DNA of 64,000 nt from a virus. Shown one piece after another: positions 27,708 through 37,530 of this stretch (its first letter is position 1; each line of letters begins with the position of its first letter). The position numbers were made by a program, and so were the translations under genes. The stretch lies in the IMG/VR virus record IMGVR_UViG_3300020183_000009. The stretch is one strand, 5' to 3'. Under the pieces are notes generated by a model that was given only the letters and a program-made list of their open reading frames with translations, ran no database searches and was not told the origin of the DNA.

Positions 27708-27956
27708 TTAAATTTCAAACATGTCTTCACACCATATTGGTGTTTTTTCCCCGACGTAAGACCCTTTTGTGTTAAAATCAAAATATTCTATTGCTTCTTC
27801 AAGAGACATACCTTGTAAAACCAATATTTCAATACATTTTCTAACTGAATATATCAATCTCATTGTATTTTGGTCAATACCTATAACCGCGTCATCAAAA
27901 CCATCGGCTTTCAGGATTTCTTCATCGTAATAATATTCTACTATTTCATTAATCAT
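27708..27956 (-). CDS. Conserved small phage protein
   Basis: KADGFDDAVIG...EAIEYFDFN..GSYVGEKTP. Confidence 0.75.
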   Translation of the reverse strand: MINEIVEYYYDEEILKADGFDDAVIGIDQNTMRLIYSVRKCIEILVLQGMSLEEAIEYFDFNTKGSYVGEKTPIWCEDMFEI

Positions 27957-28068
27957 AACTAAGTATAATCACTTATTTAGTGATAATCAATAAAGACTTT
28001 CTTTTAATAATTCATATTGTTTTTGAGTAATAATAAACTTCATATTGTTAAATGTTATATTTATAAAT

Positions 28069-28578
28069 ATGATGTCGGAACAACAAATCGAGAAAGCTCT
28101 ACATAAGATATATCAAACCTTATTATTCAAGAATGATATTAAGTTTAGGGTTGAGGTTGACCCTCAAATGTATGATGAACAATACTTGGTCTATTCTATA
28201 ATAGTTTACTTTACTGTTGACCATGCAAAGTTTTGGTCTGAATCACCTGAATTTTCTCCTGATTATAATCGCATGATTAATTTTATTCGTGAGGATTTTG
28301 ATGAGAGGCTGGATGACGTTACAAAATACGTATTACCAACAGAATCTTACTCTATTTGGATTAGGTTTGAGCACTACAATACTGACGTTTACAAACCAAT
28401 ATTAGATTTTATAGGTGAGATTGGTGTTCCATTTATTAATGAGTTTACTGAAACTTCACCTAACATTGAAATTGTGTTGGATGAGAATAGTGAATCGGAT
28501 TATGATACTGTTTATAGACAGTTAGAAGAAAAATTTGACGTAGATGACATTTTAATTTACTGGGGTTATATCTCTTAA
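28069..28578 (+). CDS. Acidic hypothetical protein
   Basis: TATTTAT upstream. Confidence 0.75.
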   Translation: MMSEQQIEKALHKIYQTLLFKNDIKFRVEVDPQMYDEQYLVYSIIVYFTVDHAKFWSESPEFSPDYNRMINFIREDFDERLDDVTKYVLPTESYSIWIRFEHYNTDVYKPILDFIGEIGVPFINEFTETSPNIEIVLDENSESDYDTVYRQLEEKFDVDDILIYWGYIS

Positions 28579-30564
28579 TTACTTAATATAGTGATGTTCG
28601 GCTTCAGATAAATAATCCGATAACATTTCATTAAAGTATCCTGTATCAATATCAGGATGCCATCTATCGTCAACATTGAATTTTGGTTTGTCAATATCAC
28701 CTTCGGATAACATTTCATCAAAAATACATTCAACATCATCGTCACATCTTTCGGCATATTCTTCGTACCACGCATCATCCAAATCATTCAAATACGGTTC
28801 TACATTCACATGTAGAATAACGCCTTCATCATCCATTTTTTCAACTTGACCGTATTCCGCTAATTCACCTTTTAATTCATCATATAGATAGTTAACATAA
28901 CTATCAGATTCAGCATTAGAAGTTGCGTTTGATATTGCTCTTCGTATTTCATAGTCTTCATCCCAATCTTCAATTAACTCTTCAATATCCTCGTTATTAA
29001 ATGTCTCTTCGTTAAAATCTTCATTGTCTTTTTGAGCAAGATATCTCAATATATGGCGTATTTTTTCTTCGTTAGTGTTATCAACATCATATTGTAAAGA
29101 TGATTTCCAATCAACGTCATGATTTCCCCATAATTCCCAAGCATCGCCACTTAATATTGTTTCAAATAACCACGTCTCAACAGTTCTTTCATATGTTTGT
29201 CCAGCAGGTGTTGTTGTTTTAACTTTTCTCCTATTTAAAACCCAATCACCGTCCACATACTTACCAACATCATCAGGTTTAATATTTAATTTAATGTTAT
29301 AATCAATCACAGGTTTTTCAACAATGCCAAGGTCAACTAATTTTCTTTGTAAACTTCTCGTTTTAAATAAGTCAGGTCTGTTATGATATAGATTAACTAA
29401 AACCTCATTTGGTAAATCAGTTAGTTTAAAATCTCTGTCAGATGCGTATTCGGACCCAAAACTTTGGATAAGATATTCGTCATCATCAGTGATGAAAAAT
29501 AAAGGAAGGATATAATTGTGGAATTCCTCTTTTGGTTTTGAGTTCTTAGGTCCTTTTAATTGGTATAAGGTTCCATCTCTACCTATTGATGCGGTTAAGT
29601 GACTTTTGTTAATATTAAATTTACCACTAGGTAATTTTTTAACCTCTCTTAATGAATAAATATTATTAGCGTAAGCCGTTCTACCACAGTGGCCCATTCT
29701 TGAACATTCTTCAGGTGAATCGTTTGTTTCAAGGTCGGCCCAATAAAAACCTTCACCTTCTTCGTTTCGGAAATCTTTTATAACTGGGTGTTTTTCAACA
29801 TAGTTAATTTCTCCACCACCAATATCTAAAGAATCATGCCATTCTTTAGATTTTATTAATAACTCAGGTATTGATAGGGTTTTATATTGATTAACATTAC
29901 CATCTAACCCAACTCTAATCCAATCCATTATTTCGGTAATTTTTTGACCGTAATGATTTTTAATATTTCCTGAGTTTAATCTCTCTAAAGCACTTTCTTT
30001 GGTAAGTTCAGGTTCTAACCCTCTCCAACTTTTCATGTTATTGAGTTGTAGGTCAATTAGTTTGTTTGCCATCCATACTGATAATGAACCACATATTTTA
30101 TCTAAGTACTCAGCGTTCTCTTCGTTCAAACCAACTTTATCAATTAGGATTTTCTTTTTAGAAGCTTCATTGATAATTTCAGGGTCGTGGATTGAGTTAT
30201 AATCTCGTAACTCTTTTAGGATTGATTCTTGTAATCGTTCTTTTTTTAATTTTTCGTACCAAGGTTTGGTTGTTTTGTTATAGTTGTCTAATGTTGAAGT
30301 GGACGTTGAAATGTGGGCTCTATCACTTAATTCGGGTAGGAAGTCTTTGATGACACTAGCTAATTTAGCTCTTTGGCTATGTAATATATCGGAATCTCCT
30401 AATTTAAAAGGTTTTTTCATTAAAAAAGTTATATGGACATCATAACCTGAATAGTTATCAGGTACTGCGTCCACCGCAACTCCATAGTAATCATCAATGT
30501 CTATTTTTTTAAGAAACCCCTTTAATAATAATTCGGCGGACTTTTCCCACTTATTTACATTCAT
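28579..30564 (-). CDS. Large acidic multi-module protein with PcfJ-like domain
   Basis: Internal LQESILKE/INE; ECSRMGHC..IYSLR..HLT..QLKGPKN. Confidence 0.7.
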   Translation of the reverse strand: MNVNKWEKSAELLLKGFLKKIDIDDYYGVAVDAVPDNYSGYDVHITFLMKKPFKLGDSDILHSQRAKLASVIKDFLPELSDRAHISTSTSTLDNYNKTTKPWYEKLKKERLQESILKELRDYNSIHDPEIINEASKKKILIDKVGLNEENAEYLDKICGSLSVWMANKLIDLQLNNMKSWRGLEPELTKESALERLNSGNIKNHYGQKITEIMDWIRVGLDGNVNQYKTLSIPELLIKSKEWHDSLDIGGGEINYVEKHPVIKDFRNEEGEGFYWADLETNDSPEECSRMGHCGRTAYANNIYSLREVKKLPSGKFNINKSHLTASIGRDGTLYQLKGPKNSKPKEEFHNYILPLFFITDDDEYLIQSFGSEYASDRDFKLTDLPNEVLVNLYHNRPDLFKTRSLQRKLVDLGIVEKPVIDYNIKLNIKPDDVGKYVDGDWVLNRRKVKTTTPAGQTYERTVETWLFETILSGDAWELWGNHDVDWKSSLQYDVDNTNEEKIRHILRYLAQKDNEDFNEETFNNEDIEELIEDWDEDYEIRRAISNATSNAESDSYVNYLYDELKGELAEYGQVEKMDDEGVILHVNVEPYLNDLDDAWYEEYAERCDDDVECIFDEMLSEGDIDKPKFNVDDRWHPDIDTGYFNEMLSDYLSEAEHHYIK

Positions 30565-30576
30565 ATTAATAAATAT

Positions 30577-31275
30577 TTAATAATCAATAACAATTTTTTT
30601 TCCATTTTTATCATAAGGAATAAAATCATTAGTATAATAAGTTAATGAATTGTCAAATAAAAGTGGGTTATATACTATAGGTACCCAAAAATCCTTCATT
30701 AATATATGCTGATAATCAATAAAATCATCATCTCTAAAAACATTACCAATACATTCTTTCATTTCACTATCTTTTATTTTTTCTCCGTTTTTTGTTCCTG
30801 ATAAAAAAATAACATCAAATGCACAGTAGAAATCCTCACCATGAGTATTATCAACCTCATAATCATCAATTTCAATATCAAATATGTAATGATTACCTCC
30901 CCTTACTTTGAAATTTATTTGGTTAATTTTTTCTAATGATGCTGAAAGTTTTAATTTATCTTTTTGATTAAAAAAAACATTTCCGTTTGGAAAGCTAAAT
31001 GTAAGAGATAAATTAGTTGCTTTTTTATGTAGATTATCATACGTTTCCCTTTGTCCGTTTTTTCCTGATGAAACATACAAACAAAAATCATAAAATAAAT
31101 CATGGACAAAATCTAAAATTATTGATTTTGCTACTGATACTTTTTGTGGGTTATCTACCTCCCAATCAATTCTATTTTCTTCTCTATTAAGATAAGGGGT
31201 TAATATAATTCCATTAAAATCATATTCATCTTCCAAAACATTTTCATAATATATTTTGATTATTTTTTCATACAT
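30577..31275 (-). CDS. Hypothetical protein (paralog of 36050 and 38792)
   Basis: YDFNG..DNP..S; NPLLFDNS..YYTN..DKNGKK. Confidence 0.75.
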   Translation of the reverse strand: MYEKIIKIYYENVLEDEYDFNGIILTPYLNREENRIDWEVDNPQKVSVAKSIILDFVHDLFYDFCLYVSSGKNGQRETYDNLHKKATNLSLTFSFPNGNVFFNQKDKLKLSASLEKINQINFKVRGGNHYIFDIEIDDYEVDNTHGEDFYCAFDVIFLSGTKNGEKIKDSEMKECIGNVFRDDDFIDYQHILMKDFWVPIVYNPLLFDNSLTYYTNDFIPYDKNGKKIVIDY

Positions 31276-31289
31276 ATTAATAAATACCA

Positions 31290-31661
31290 CTAAGATTTTA
31301 AATCTTGTACCTTTATCATGTATTCAGTAACCTCTTCAGGTGTTAGATATCCAATAACATCTGAAGTAATATCGGTACCATATGTTAGATTACCCTCACT
31401 ATCTAAAATAGCCATTTCAAATAATCCTTTGTCACCACCATAAGAATATTTGTGTGAAACTACAGACACACCATAACGGTTGTCAAACATAATACTACCC
31501 GCAACTCCTCCTTCGAATGGTTTAAAATTGATGTCGTCTATTGTTTTAATATCTAGACCTAATTGATTAATTAACTCTATAGGTGAAATGGTTAACATTT
31601 CACTAGTTTTAATAATTCCTAGTTCATCAATTAATTTTAATATTTTGTCAGTGTTCTTCAT
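31290..31661 (-). CDS. Hypothetical phage protein
   Basis: FDNRYGVSVV..SYGG..LFEMA..DVIGYLT. Confidence 0.75.
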   Translation of the reverse strand: MKNTDKILKLIDELGIIKTSEMLTISPIELINQLGLDIKTIDDINFKPFEGGVAGSIMFDNRYGVSVVSHKYSYGGDKGLFEMAILDSEGNLTYGTDITSDVIGYLTPEEVTEYMIKVQDLKS

Positions 31662-31772
31662 TATCTAATTCTTCGGATAGTACGTGTAGTAAAAACCCTG
31701 GTATACTTAATACCAATGGGGTTATTAACAAAAGTACAGAAATTATTTTTAATACCCAATAAAAAACTTTTT

Positions 31773-32294
31773 TCATTTATTTAATATTTTTAAAAATTCT
31801 TCAATTTTGTCTGAACAAAGTATTGGTGTTATCTCATTTATTTCTTTATCCTCCATTTCCCACCATTTTAACTGAAGTAATTTTGTGATAATATCGTTAG
31901 TGAATCTATACTTAATTAATTTAGCTGGGTTACCTCCTACTATACTATAAGGTTCAACATCTTTAACAATATGTGAATTATTGGCAATTACCGCTCCATC
32001 GCCAATTTTAACACCACTCATTATTACACTATTCGCACCTATCCAAACATCATTACCAATTACAACATCACCATTAGTTTGAGGATGACCTTCCCCGTTA
32101 AACCTATCAAAAACATTTTGTTTTATGTGTCCAAATGGGTATGTTGTAACCCAATCAATTCTATGATTACCACCTAAATAAATAGATAAATTACCACCCA
32201 ACGAACAAAATGAACCAATTTTTAATTTGGCACCTTCTCCCCATTCAAAAACCTTTATGTTCTGATGACCATAAGTGTGTTTACCAACAATCAT
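31773..32294 (-). CDS. CatB/Vat-related hexapeptide O-acetyltransferase
   Basis: IGSFCS, TTYPF, IGNDVWIG, KDVEPYSIVGGNPA, LKWW. Confidence 0.9.
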   Translation of the reverse strand: MIVGKHTYGHQNIKVFEWGEGAKLKIGSFCSLGGNLSIYLGGNHRIDWVTTYPFGHIKQNVFDRFNGEGHPQTNGDVVIGNDVWIGANSVIMSGVKIGDGAVIANNSHIVKDVEPYSIVGGNPAKLIKYRFTNDIITKLLQLKWWEMEDKEINEITPILCSDKIEEFLKILNK

Positions 32295-32437
32295 TTTTCA
32301 GATTCAATTTCAATTTCTTTTTTTGGTCGTTTAACTTCCTTTGTTTCAGGATAAATAGGTATTTTAACATACTCAGGTGTTATTTGGTCCATACCAACAC
32401 CTATACAAACTTCAATGTATTTTATTTCGTTTTCCAT
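32291..32437 (-). CDS. 48-aa hypothetical protein (not in track)
   Basis: MENEIKYIEVC...ESEK*; ATGA overlap. Confidence 0.5.
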   Translation of the reverse strand: MENEIKYIEVCIGVGMDQITPEYVKIPIYPETKEVKRPKKEIEIESEK

Positions 32438-32438
32438 A

Positions 32439-32693
32439 TTATTTTTTAATTACAATTCCATTTTTTAAAATATCAATCAAGTCTTTCACATTGTTAAAAT
32501 TATGAAATCTTATTGTCGGGTCGGTATTAAATACTTCAACATACCACTCCTCATTTTTTACCTCATCATTAGTTGGGGTGATTAATGTTAACCCATCCAC
32601 AATATCAAGAGCGTAGTAATAAGTCTCATCTTCATCATATTCTTTTATTTCCTCGCTCTTAAACCCCAATAATATTAATTCTCTTTCTGTCAT
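32439..32693 (-). CDS. Hypothetical protein
   Basis: Coupled ORF. Confidence 0.7.
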   Translation of the reverse strand: MTERELILLGFKSEEIKEYDEDETYYYALDIVDGLTLITPTNDEVKNEEWYVEVFNTDPTIRFHNFNNVKDLIDILKNGIVIKK

Positions 32694-32938
32694 TTTACTA
32701 ACTTTATTTGTTTAACCATACCTTTCTTATCAGTCCTATATTTAACTCGAAAACTATCAACGAAAGTATATTCACCTTCTTCCATATTTAGACAAGACCA
32801 TTCACATGTTTCATGATAATAAAAATGAGCATGTATTGATTCTAAATATACACATCTTTCATATTCGACATCTTTATATTTCCAATTTGAGCAACTAACT
32901 AAGAATAGACTTAAAAAAAATAAAAATTTTGTTATCAT
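32690..32938 (-). CDS. Putative lipoprotein
   Basis: Signal peptide with LVSC lipobox. Confidence 0.6.
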   Translation of the reverse strand: MITKFLFFLSLFLVSCSNWKYKDVEYERCVYLESIHAHFYYHETCEWSCLNMEEGEYTFVDSFRVKYRTDKKGMVKQIKLVK

Positions 32939-32941
32939 AAA

Positions 32942-33217
32942 TCAATTATTTGAGTAAAAATCATTTCCCGACCCTTTAACATATTGAACTGATGTTCCTG
33001 ATGGCGTGTGTAGTTCGACAAACATTGGTTTACCACTATACAAACAAAGTTCAAACTCATATGTTCGTGGTTTCATCGAGAATAATAACGTCCTTTCGGG
33101 TCCTAAAATCTTTACAGTTGCATCATCTAAAGAAAGGTCCTCATTAATATTAATCATAATACAATACTCACCAGTTGCTTTTGCATTCAAGTCTTGTAAT
33201 ACAGGTTTTGTGTGCAT
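32942..33217 (-). CDS. Hypothetical protein (possibly truncated)
   Basis: 91 aa ORF. Confidence 0.45.
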   Translation of the reverse strand: MHTKPVLQDLNAKATGEYCIMININEDLSLDDATVKILGPERTLLFSMKPRTYEFELCLYSGKPMFVELHTPSGTSVQYVKGSGNDFYSNN

Positions 33218-33384
33218 GTTAGTTCTTTTTAATTAAATATACCGCAATTCTTCCCTCATATGTTTAACCGTAAGCTCCTGACCCTAACTCATCAAAACCT
33301 TATTTGATACAAGATAGGTTGGAGGATATAATCATAATTTAATTTTTTGTTTTTTTAAAAAGTATTTATTTATAAAATCAAAAA

Positions 33385-33783
33385 ATGGAAATAAGTAGGT
33401 TCAAAGAATTATTGGAGTCGTCATTGGGTAATGTAAAACCTCTGATAACTGAACAAATCGAGGCAAATGCCGGTGCAATTCAACAGTTTTTACAATTAAA
33501 CCAAGATAACTCTATTGTTGTTGACTATAAGTTTGGTAATAAAAGTGCCGCTGCGGCTGCTAATTATATTTTCAATGCTTACCCAGCCTCTACAAAATAT
33601 AGTAATGTTACCACTGTTCAACAACTTTGGCAAGCATTAAAAGATAACGGAAATGCAGTGGGTGAAACTCCGGGTTTTGGTCCTCTAATGGCTGGAGCTG
33701 TCGCTCGTGTTCTTACGGCGGCTAAAGCTCAAATCGATAAGAAAAACGCTGCTGCCAAAACTCCCGCAGCTCCCAAAACATAA
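33385..33783 (+). CDS. Leader-bearing (LLES..LITEQ) protein, PG-binding-like
   Basis: IQQFL..VDYKFGNKSAAA; TATTTAT upstream. Confidence 0.65.
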   Translation: MEISRFKELLESSLGNVKPLITEQIEANAGAIQQFLQLNQDNSIVVDYKFGNKSAAAAANYIFNAYPASTKYSNVTTVQQLWQALKDNGNAVGETPGFGPLMAGAVARVLTAAKAQIDKKNAAAKTPAAPKT

Positions 33784-33932
33784 ATAAACTCATTAAAACA
33801 AATTTAAGATTTTTTCTTTAATATTCCTAACAATACCATTTAAAATATGATTTAAGATTGTAGTTCTTTTATCATATGTATGAGGATATTTAAGTTCTCT
33901 AAACAAAATGTTTTCTGCTATTAATTCGGTTC

Positions 33933-34520
33933 TCATGGTATAAATAAAACTGTTGGGTTCTTTTTTTGTATATTAATATCAGGATATTTTTCACTAAATG
34001 TTTTAGCATCGAACTTACCTGTAATTAAATGATAACCATTCTTTGTTGGTAATACCGACTCAATTTTTGGTCCTTCAGGTTTTAATGTTTCAATAAATCT
34101 TGTTAGTTCATATACCGCATGGTAGTCTGTGGTATCAATATCAACAATCCATCTCTTTTCTTGCGTTTTAATTTGTCCAACAACTGAATTAAATAATCCT
34201 TTTTGATTTGTCGCACCGTCTCTAATACGTTCAGCAAGTGTTGCCAACATATTTAATGATACATCTTTATGGTTTTGTTTTTGGACATGGATATATGCGC
34301 GAGCGTTAAAGATTTCACAAAGTTGTTTAATCTCATCATATCTTTTTTCTAAATATGGAATGGAATCGACGCAATAAGTTTTAATTGTTCTTACTGATTG
34401 GTGATTATCTCTTTCACCTTCAGGTTGGTCCTTCTTTCTATTGAATACATATAACATGTAGAAATCCCCCCACTCTGAGAAATTCAATAAAGGTTTTATT
34501 AATTCTATGTTGTCTATCAT
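33933..34520 (-). CDS. Putative AEP/PrimPol-like protein
   Basis: WIVDID (motif I), PTKNGYHL (motif II); TATATTTG promoter at 34525-34532. Confidence 0.5.
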   Translation of the reverse strand: MIDNIELIKPLLNFSEWGDFYMLYVFNRKKDQPEGERDNHQSVRTIKTYCVDSIPYLEKRYDEIKQLCEIFNARAYIHVQKQNHKDVSLNMLATLAERIRDGATNQKGLFNSVVGQIKTQEKRWIVDIDTTDYHAVYELTRFIETLKPEGPKIESVLPTKNGYHLITGKFDAKTFSEKYPDINIQKKNPTVLFIP

Positions 34521-34576
34521 ACGGCAAATATATTAAATTATATCCAATTAACAAAACCATCTTATATTTATTATAA

Positions 34577-34963
34577 ATGAAATATCTAATCACAGAGTCT
34601 AAAATAAAAGAAACCATCTTTAATTACTTGGATGATTCTCAGTTATTTAAAGGAGTTGAGGAACATAGGTCAGATTATCCAGCTGCAGTAAAGGAGTATT
34701 TCCAAACTGTTAGTTGGGGTGATGATATGGACCCTGATTATGACCATGTGTTTACTATCTATAGGGACCCTGAAGCTTACGAATGGGTCGTAGGAGTTGA
34801 ATGTCCTTACCCTTCCGATTTTTTCCCTTTAATCGAGTTAGACACTAATTATATTTATAATCCTTTATCTAATTTGTTTACCGAGGATAACGTTAAACAA
34901 TATGTGAAAGATTGGATTAATAATAAATTTCGTTTAAACGCAAAACATTTAGAACCTAATTAA
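34577..34963 (+). CDS. MKYLITE-leader acidic protein
   Basis: Leader; TATTTAT; resembles 37129. Confidence 0.8.
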   Translation: MKYLITESKIKETIFNYLDDSQLFKGVEEHRSDYPAAVKEYFQTVSWGDDMDPDYDHVFTIYRDPEAYEWVVGVECPYPSDFFPLIELDTNYIYNPLSNLFTEDNVKQYVKDWINNKFRLNAKHLEPN

Positions 34964-34964
34964 T

Positions 34965-35480
34965 ATGACTGAAAAATCACAATTAGAAAATTTAAAAGAT
35001 GTGCAATTGTTTTACTTATTAAAAACGGTTGGTAACGAGCATCACCCTGGTATTCAAGATATTATTAATGACCGAGATATAATCGAGGACAGTGGGTTTT
35101 TAGACTCATGTGAAAGTGCAGGTACAATAATTGGTTTAAGTCTTGAGTACCCAATTGACCCTAACTATATTGCTGCGACTATCAGATTAAATGCCGATTA
35201 TGATTTTAATTCCGCTAAACCATCGGGTCCTTTAAAAAGACCTGAAGGTGCTATTTTTTCATTTGATATTGATGAATACAGGATTGAGCATGTTAGGAGA
35301 AGTTACACTCATAAAATTAGGTCTTATTCACGAGATTTAGTAAAGACTACTATTGGCTCTATGTTAAATGAAGGGTCTGTTGATATCTACGATGGGGCGG
35401 AATCAGATGCTGACTATTATGATGGTGAAACAACTGACATTAAAATAGATAAACATTCTATTAGATTTGTTGGAACTTAA
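34965..35480 (+). CDS. Hypothetical protein
   Basis: Coupled ORF. Confidence 0.75.
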   Translation: MTEKSQLENLKDVQLFYLLKTVGNEHHPGIQDIINDRDIIEDSGFLDSCESAGTIIGLSLEYPIDPNYIAATIRLNADYDFNSAKPSGPLKRPEGAIFSFDIDEYRIEHVRRSYTHKIRSYSRDLVKTTIGSMLNEGSVDIYDGAESDADYYDGETTDIKIDKHSIRFVGT

Positions 35481-36028
35481 TTAAGTTTACTTTCTTCTCT
35501 TATATCACGTAGAAAAAGTCTATTTAAGATATAATATACATTTGGTAAATAAAAGTCTCTATACCAAACCAATAAATGTTCTAAGTTACGAAATTCAGTT
35601 ATTGATTTAAGTTCTTGGAAATAATCTCCCATCATCTCCTTATCAATCATTGTTTTACCGTCTTTTGTAACGGTATAATATATCGCTTCAACAGGTGTAT
35701 AATCTGAACCGTCCCAAAAAGGAGTTGCATATCCTGCGAACGTTTCTTCATATTCAGCATCATCACCATAATAATCGGTTGGTGAATCCATTCTCCATTC
35801 AAAAGTCGCATTAAATCTATCAACAAATATTTCATATTCTCTATAGACTTCAGGTAATTTACCTAGTTGGTATAAATCAAACAGAACTTGGTTAGCCAAC
35901 TCATGGTTAATTGGTATATTAAGTTCAACTGCTAAATCAGCTTGATTCAATCCCAATATTTCAGCCGCACCACGTAATCCGTGTTCATCCACTAATTTTC
36001 TTAGTCGCTTTTTTCTATCCTCTTTCAT
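35477..36028 (-). CDS. Hypothetical protein with HTH-like N-module
   Basis: LVDEHGLRGAAEILG. Confidence 0.75.
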   Translation of the reverse strand: MKEDRKKRLRKLVDEHGLRGAAEILGLNQADLAVELNIPINHELANQVLFDLYQLGKLPEVYREYEIFVDRFNATFEWRMDSPTDYYGDDAEYEETFAGYATPFWDGSDYTPVEAIYYTVTKDGKTMIDKEMMGDYFQELKSITEFRNLEHLLVWYRDFYLPNVYYILNRLFLRDIREESKLN

Positions 36029-36049
36029 TAATGATAAATATAAGTATTT

Positions 36050-36721
36050 ATGGATATGAGACCTGAAATTAAATTCTATTTAACCAAATATTTAAAACCA
36101 AGATATGATTTTCACGGAGTTTATTTATACCCTGAACCAAATCTTGAGACGGGGCAACTTTGGTGGGATATTGGGAATCCTAATGGTCTATCGTATAGTA
36201 TAGAATGTTTAAAGTCTTACGTTTGGGATATTTTTGATGATTATTGTAAACTAACTGATGGTTCGAATACTTTATTTAGAGGATATGAACGACACATGGC
36301 TCATTTCAATAAATTAGATAATTACTATTATTTAAATCGTGAAGATGAGAAAGAATTATTTAATAGAATGAAATCGATTAATAAAATTGATTTTAAAAAT
36401 TTTTATGCGGATATACAATGTGATTGGTTTACTATAAAACCTCAAGAAGATTTTCATATTGAGATTGGGATGAGGTTTATGAAATGTATAGATAAAAAAA
36501 CAGGTCATGTTTATACTGAAGATGAATTAGGACCTGATGGAGGTGTATTAGATAGAGTATTTCAAGATGATAAGTTTTATGATGATTATGAATATACTCT
36601 ATTTAACCCAATGAATTCTTTCATTGTTAATAATCCTTTATTATTTGATAACTCGTATATGTATTATACTAACAGTATTTATCCTTTAGATAAAAACGGT
36701 AAAAAACTTAAGATTTGGTAG
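36050..36721 (+). CDS. Hypothetical protein (paralog of 30577)
   Basis: Shared motifs. Confidence 0.75.
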   Translation: MDMRPEIKFYLTKYLKPRYDFHGVYLYPEPNLETGQLWWDIGNPNGLSYSIECLKSYVWDIFDDYCKLTDGSNTLFRGYERHMAHFNKLDNYYYLNREDEKELFNRMKSINKIDFKNFYADIQCDWFTIKPQEDFHIEIGMRFMKCIDKKTGHVYTEDELGPDGGVLDRVFQDDKFYDDYEYTLFNPMNSFIVNNPLLFDNSYMYYTNSIYPLDKNGKKLKIW

Positions 36722-37106
36722 AATTAAGTTTCTTATAATCCCAACCATAATCAACACAAACGTGTGGTAATATTGTAATAACTTTATCAACAACAGTTTC
36801 CCCTAATTCATCCCAAATCCTCTCATAGATATCGTCTTGTTTGAATCCTTGTTCCCAATCATCATTAACACCTAATGATATTTGTATGGGTTCAATATAG
36901 ATGGTTCCCTCATACAAACATTCTTCATCACCAGTTGCGTCTTTCCATAAATACACTTTTTTAACTCGATATTTTATAATGTAATCGACTACATCTTCAT
37001 CACTATGAGAATATGGTAATGAATACCATCCTTCAAAAACATGGTCACCTTCCAATAGTTTATGAACCATGTCGAAGGTTTTCTTTGTATTCTTATCCAT
37101 TTCCAT
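36708..37106 (-). CDS. Acidic hypothetical protein
   Basis: Start moved to MEMDKN. Confidence 0.7.
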   Translation of the reverse strand: MEMDKNTKKTFDMVHKLLEGDHVFEGWYSLPYSHSDEDVVDYIIKYRVKKVYLWKDATGDEECLYEGTIYIEPIQISLGVNDDWEQGFKQDDIYERIWDELGETVVDKVITILPHVCVDYGWDYKKLNSTKS

Positions 37107-37128
37107 ATACAATAAGTATTTATTTAAT

Positions 37129-37506
37129 ATGAAATATATAATTACAGAGTCCAAACTAAAAGATATCGTATTTAAATTTTTAGACGATAGTTTTAATCTT
37201 GAAAATCTACATTGGGAAGAGGAGGAATTTTTTGATTGGGATTCTGGTCATAATATTGAAGCAATATATTTCGGTGATGCTGAAAAAATAAATGATATGG
37301 GAGTTATCTCTGTAATTGAATATTTCAAATATCCATCCAATGATGAGGGTTGGTCTGAAGATGACCTACAATACCTACCATCATTCAGGTTTGTCGATGA
37401 TAATGTAAATAAAATGTTAAGACATATGTTTGGTTCGAGTTATGAACCGATAGCAATGGAATGGTTTAAAGAAAGAACGGGTTTAGACGTTAAAAATATT
37501 TTTTAA
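37129..37506 (+). CDS. MKYIITE-leader acidic protein
   Basis: Start moved to the leader. Confidence 0.8.
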   Translation: MKYIITESKLKDIVFKFLDDSFNLENLHWEEEEFFDWDSGHNIEAIYFGDAEKINDMGVISVIEYFKYPSNDEGWSEDDLQYLPSFRFVDDNVNKMLRHMFGSSYEPIAMEWFKERTGLDVKNIF

Positions 37507-37530
37507 AATAAACAAATAATAAATAAAATT

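Noticed and set aside
31773-32294. Bona fide antibiotic-resistance gene
   Set aside because: Family motifs alone do not distinguish it from sugar O-acetyltransferases, and there is no mobile resistance context.
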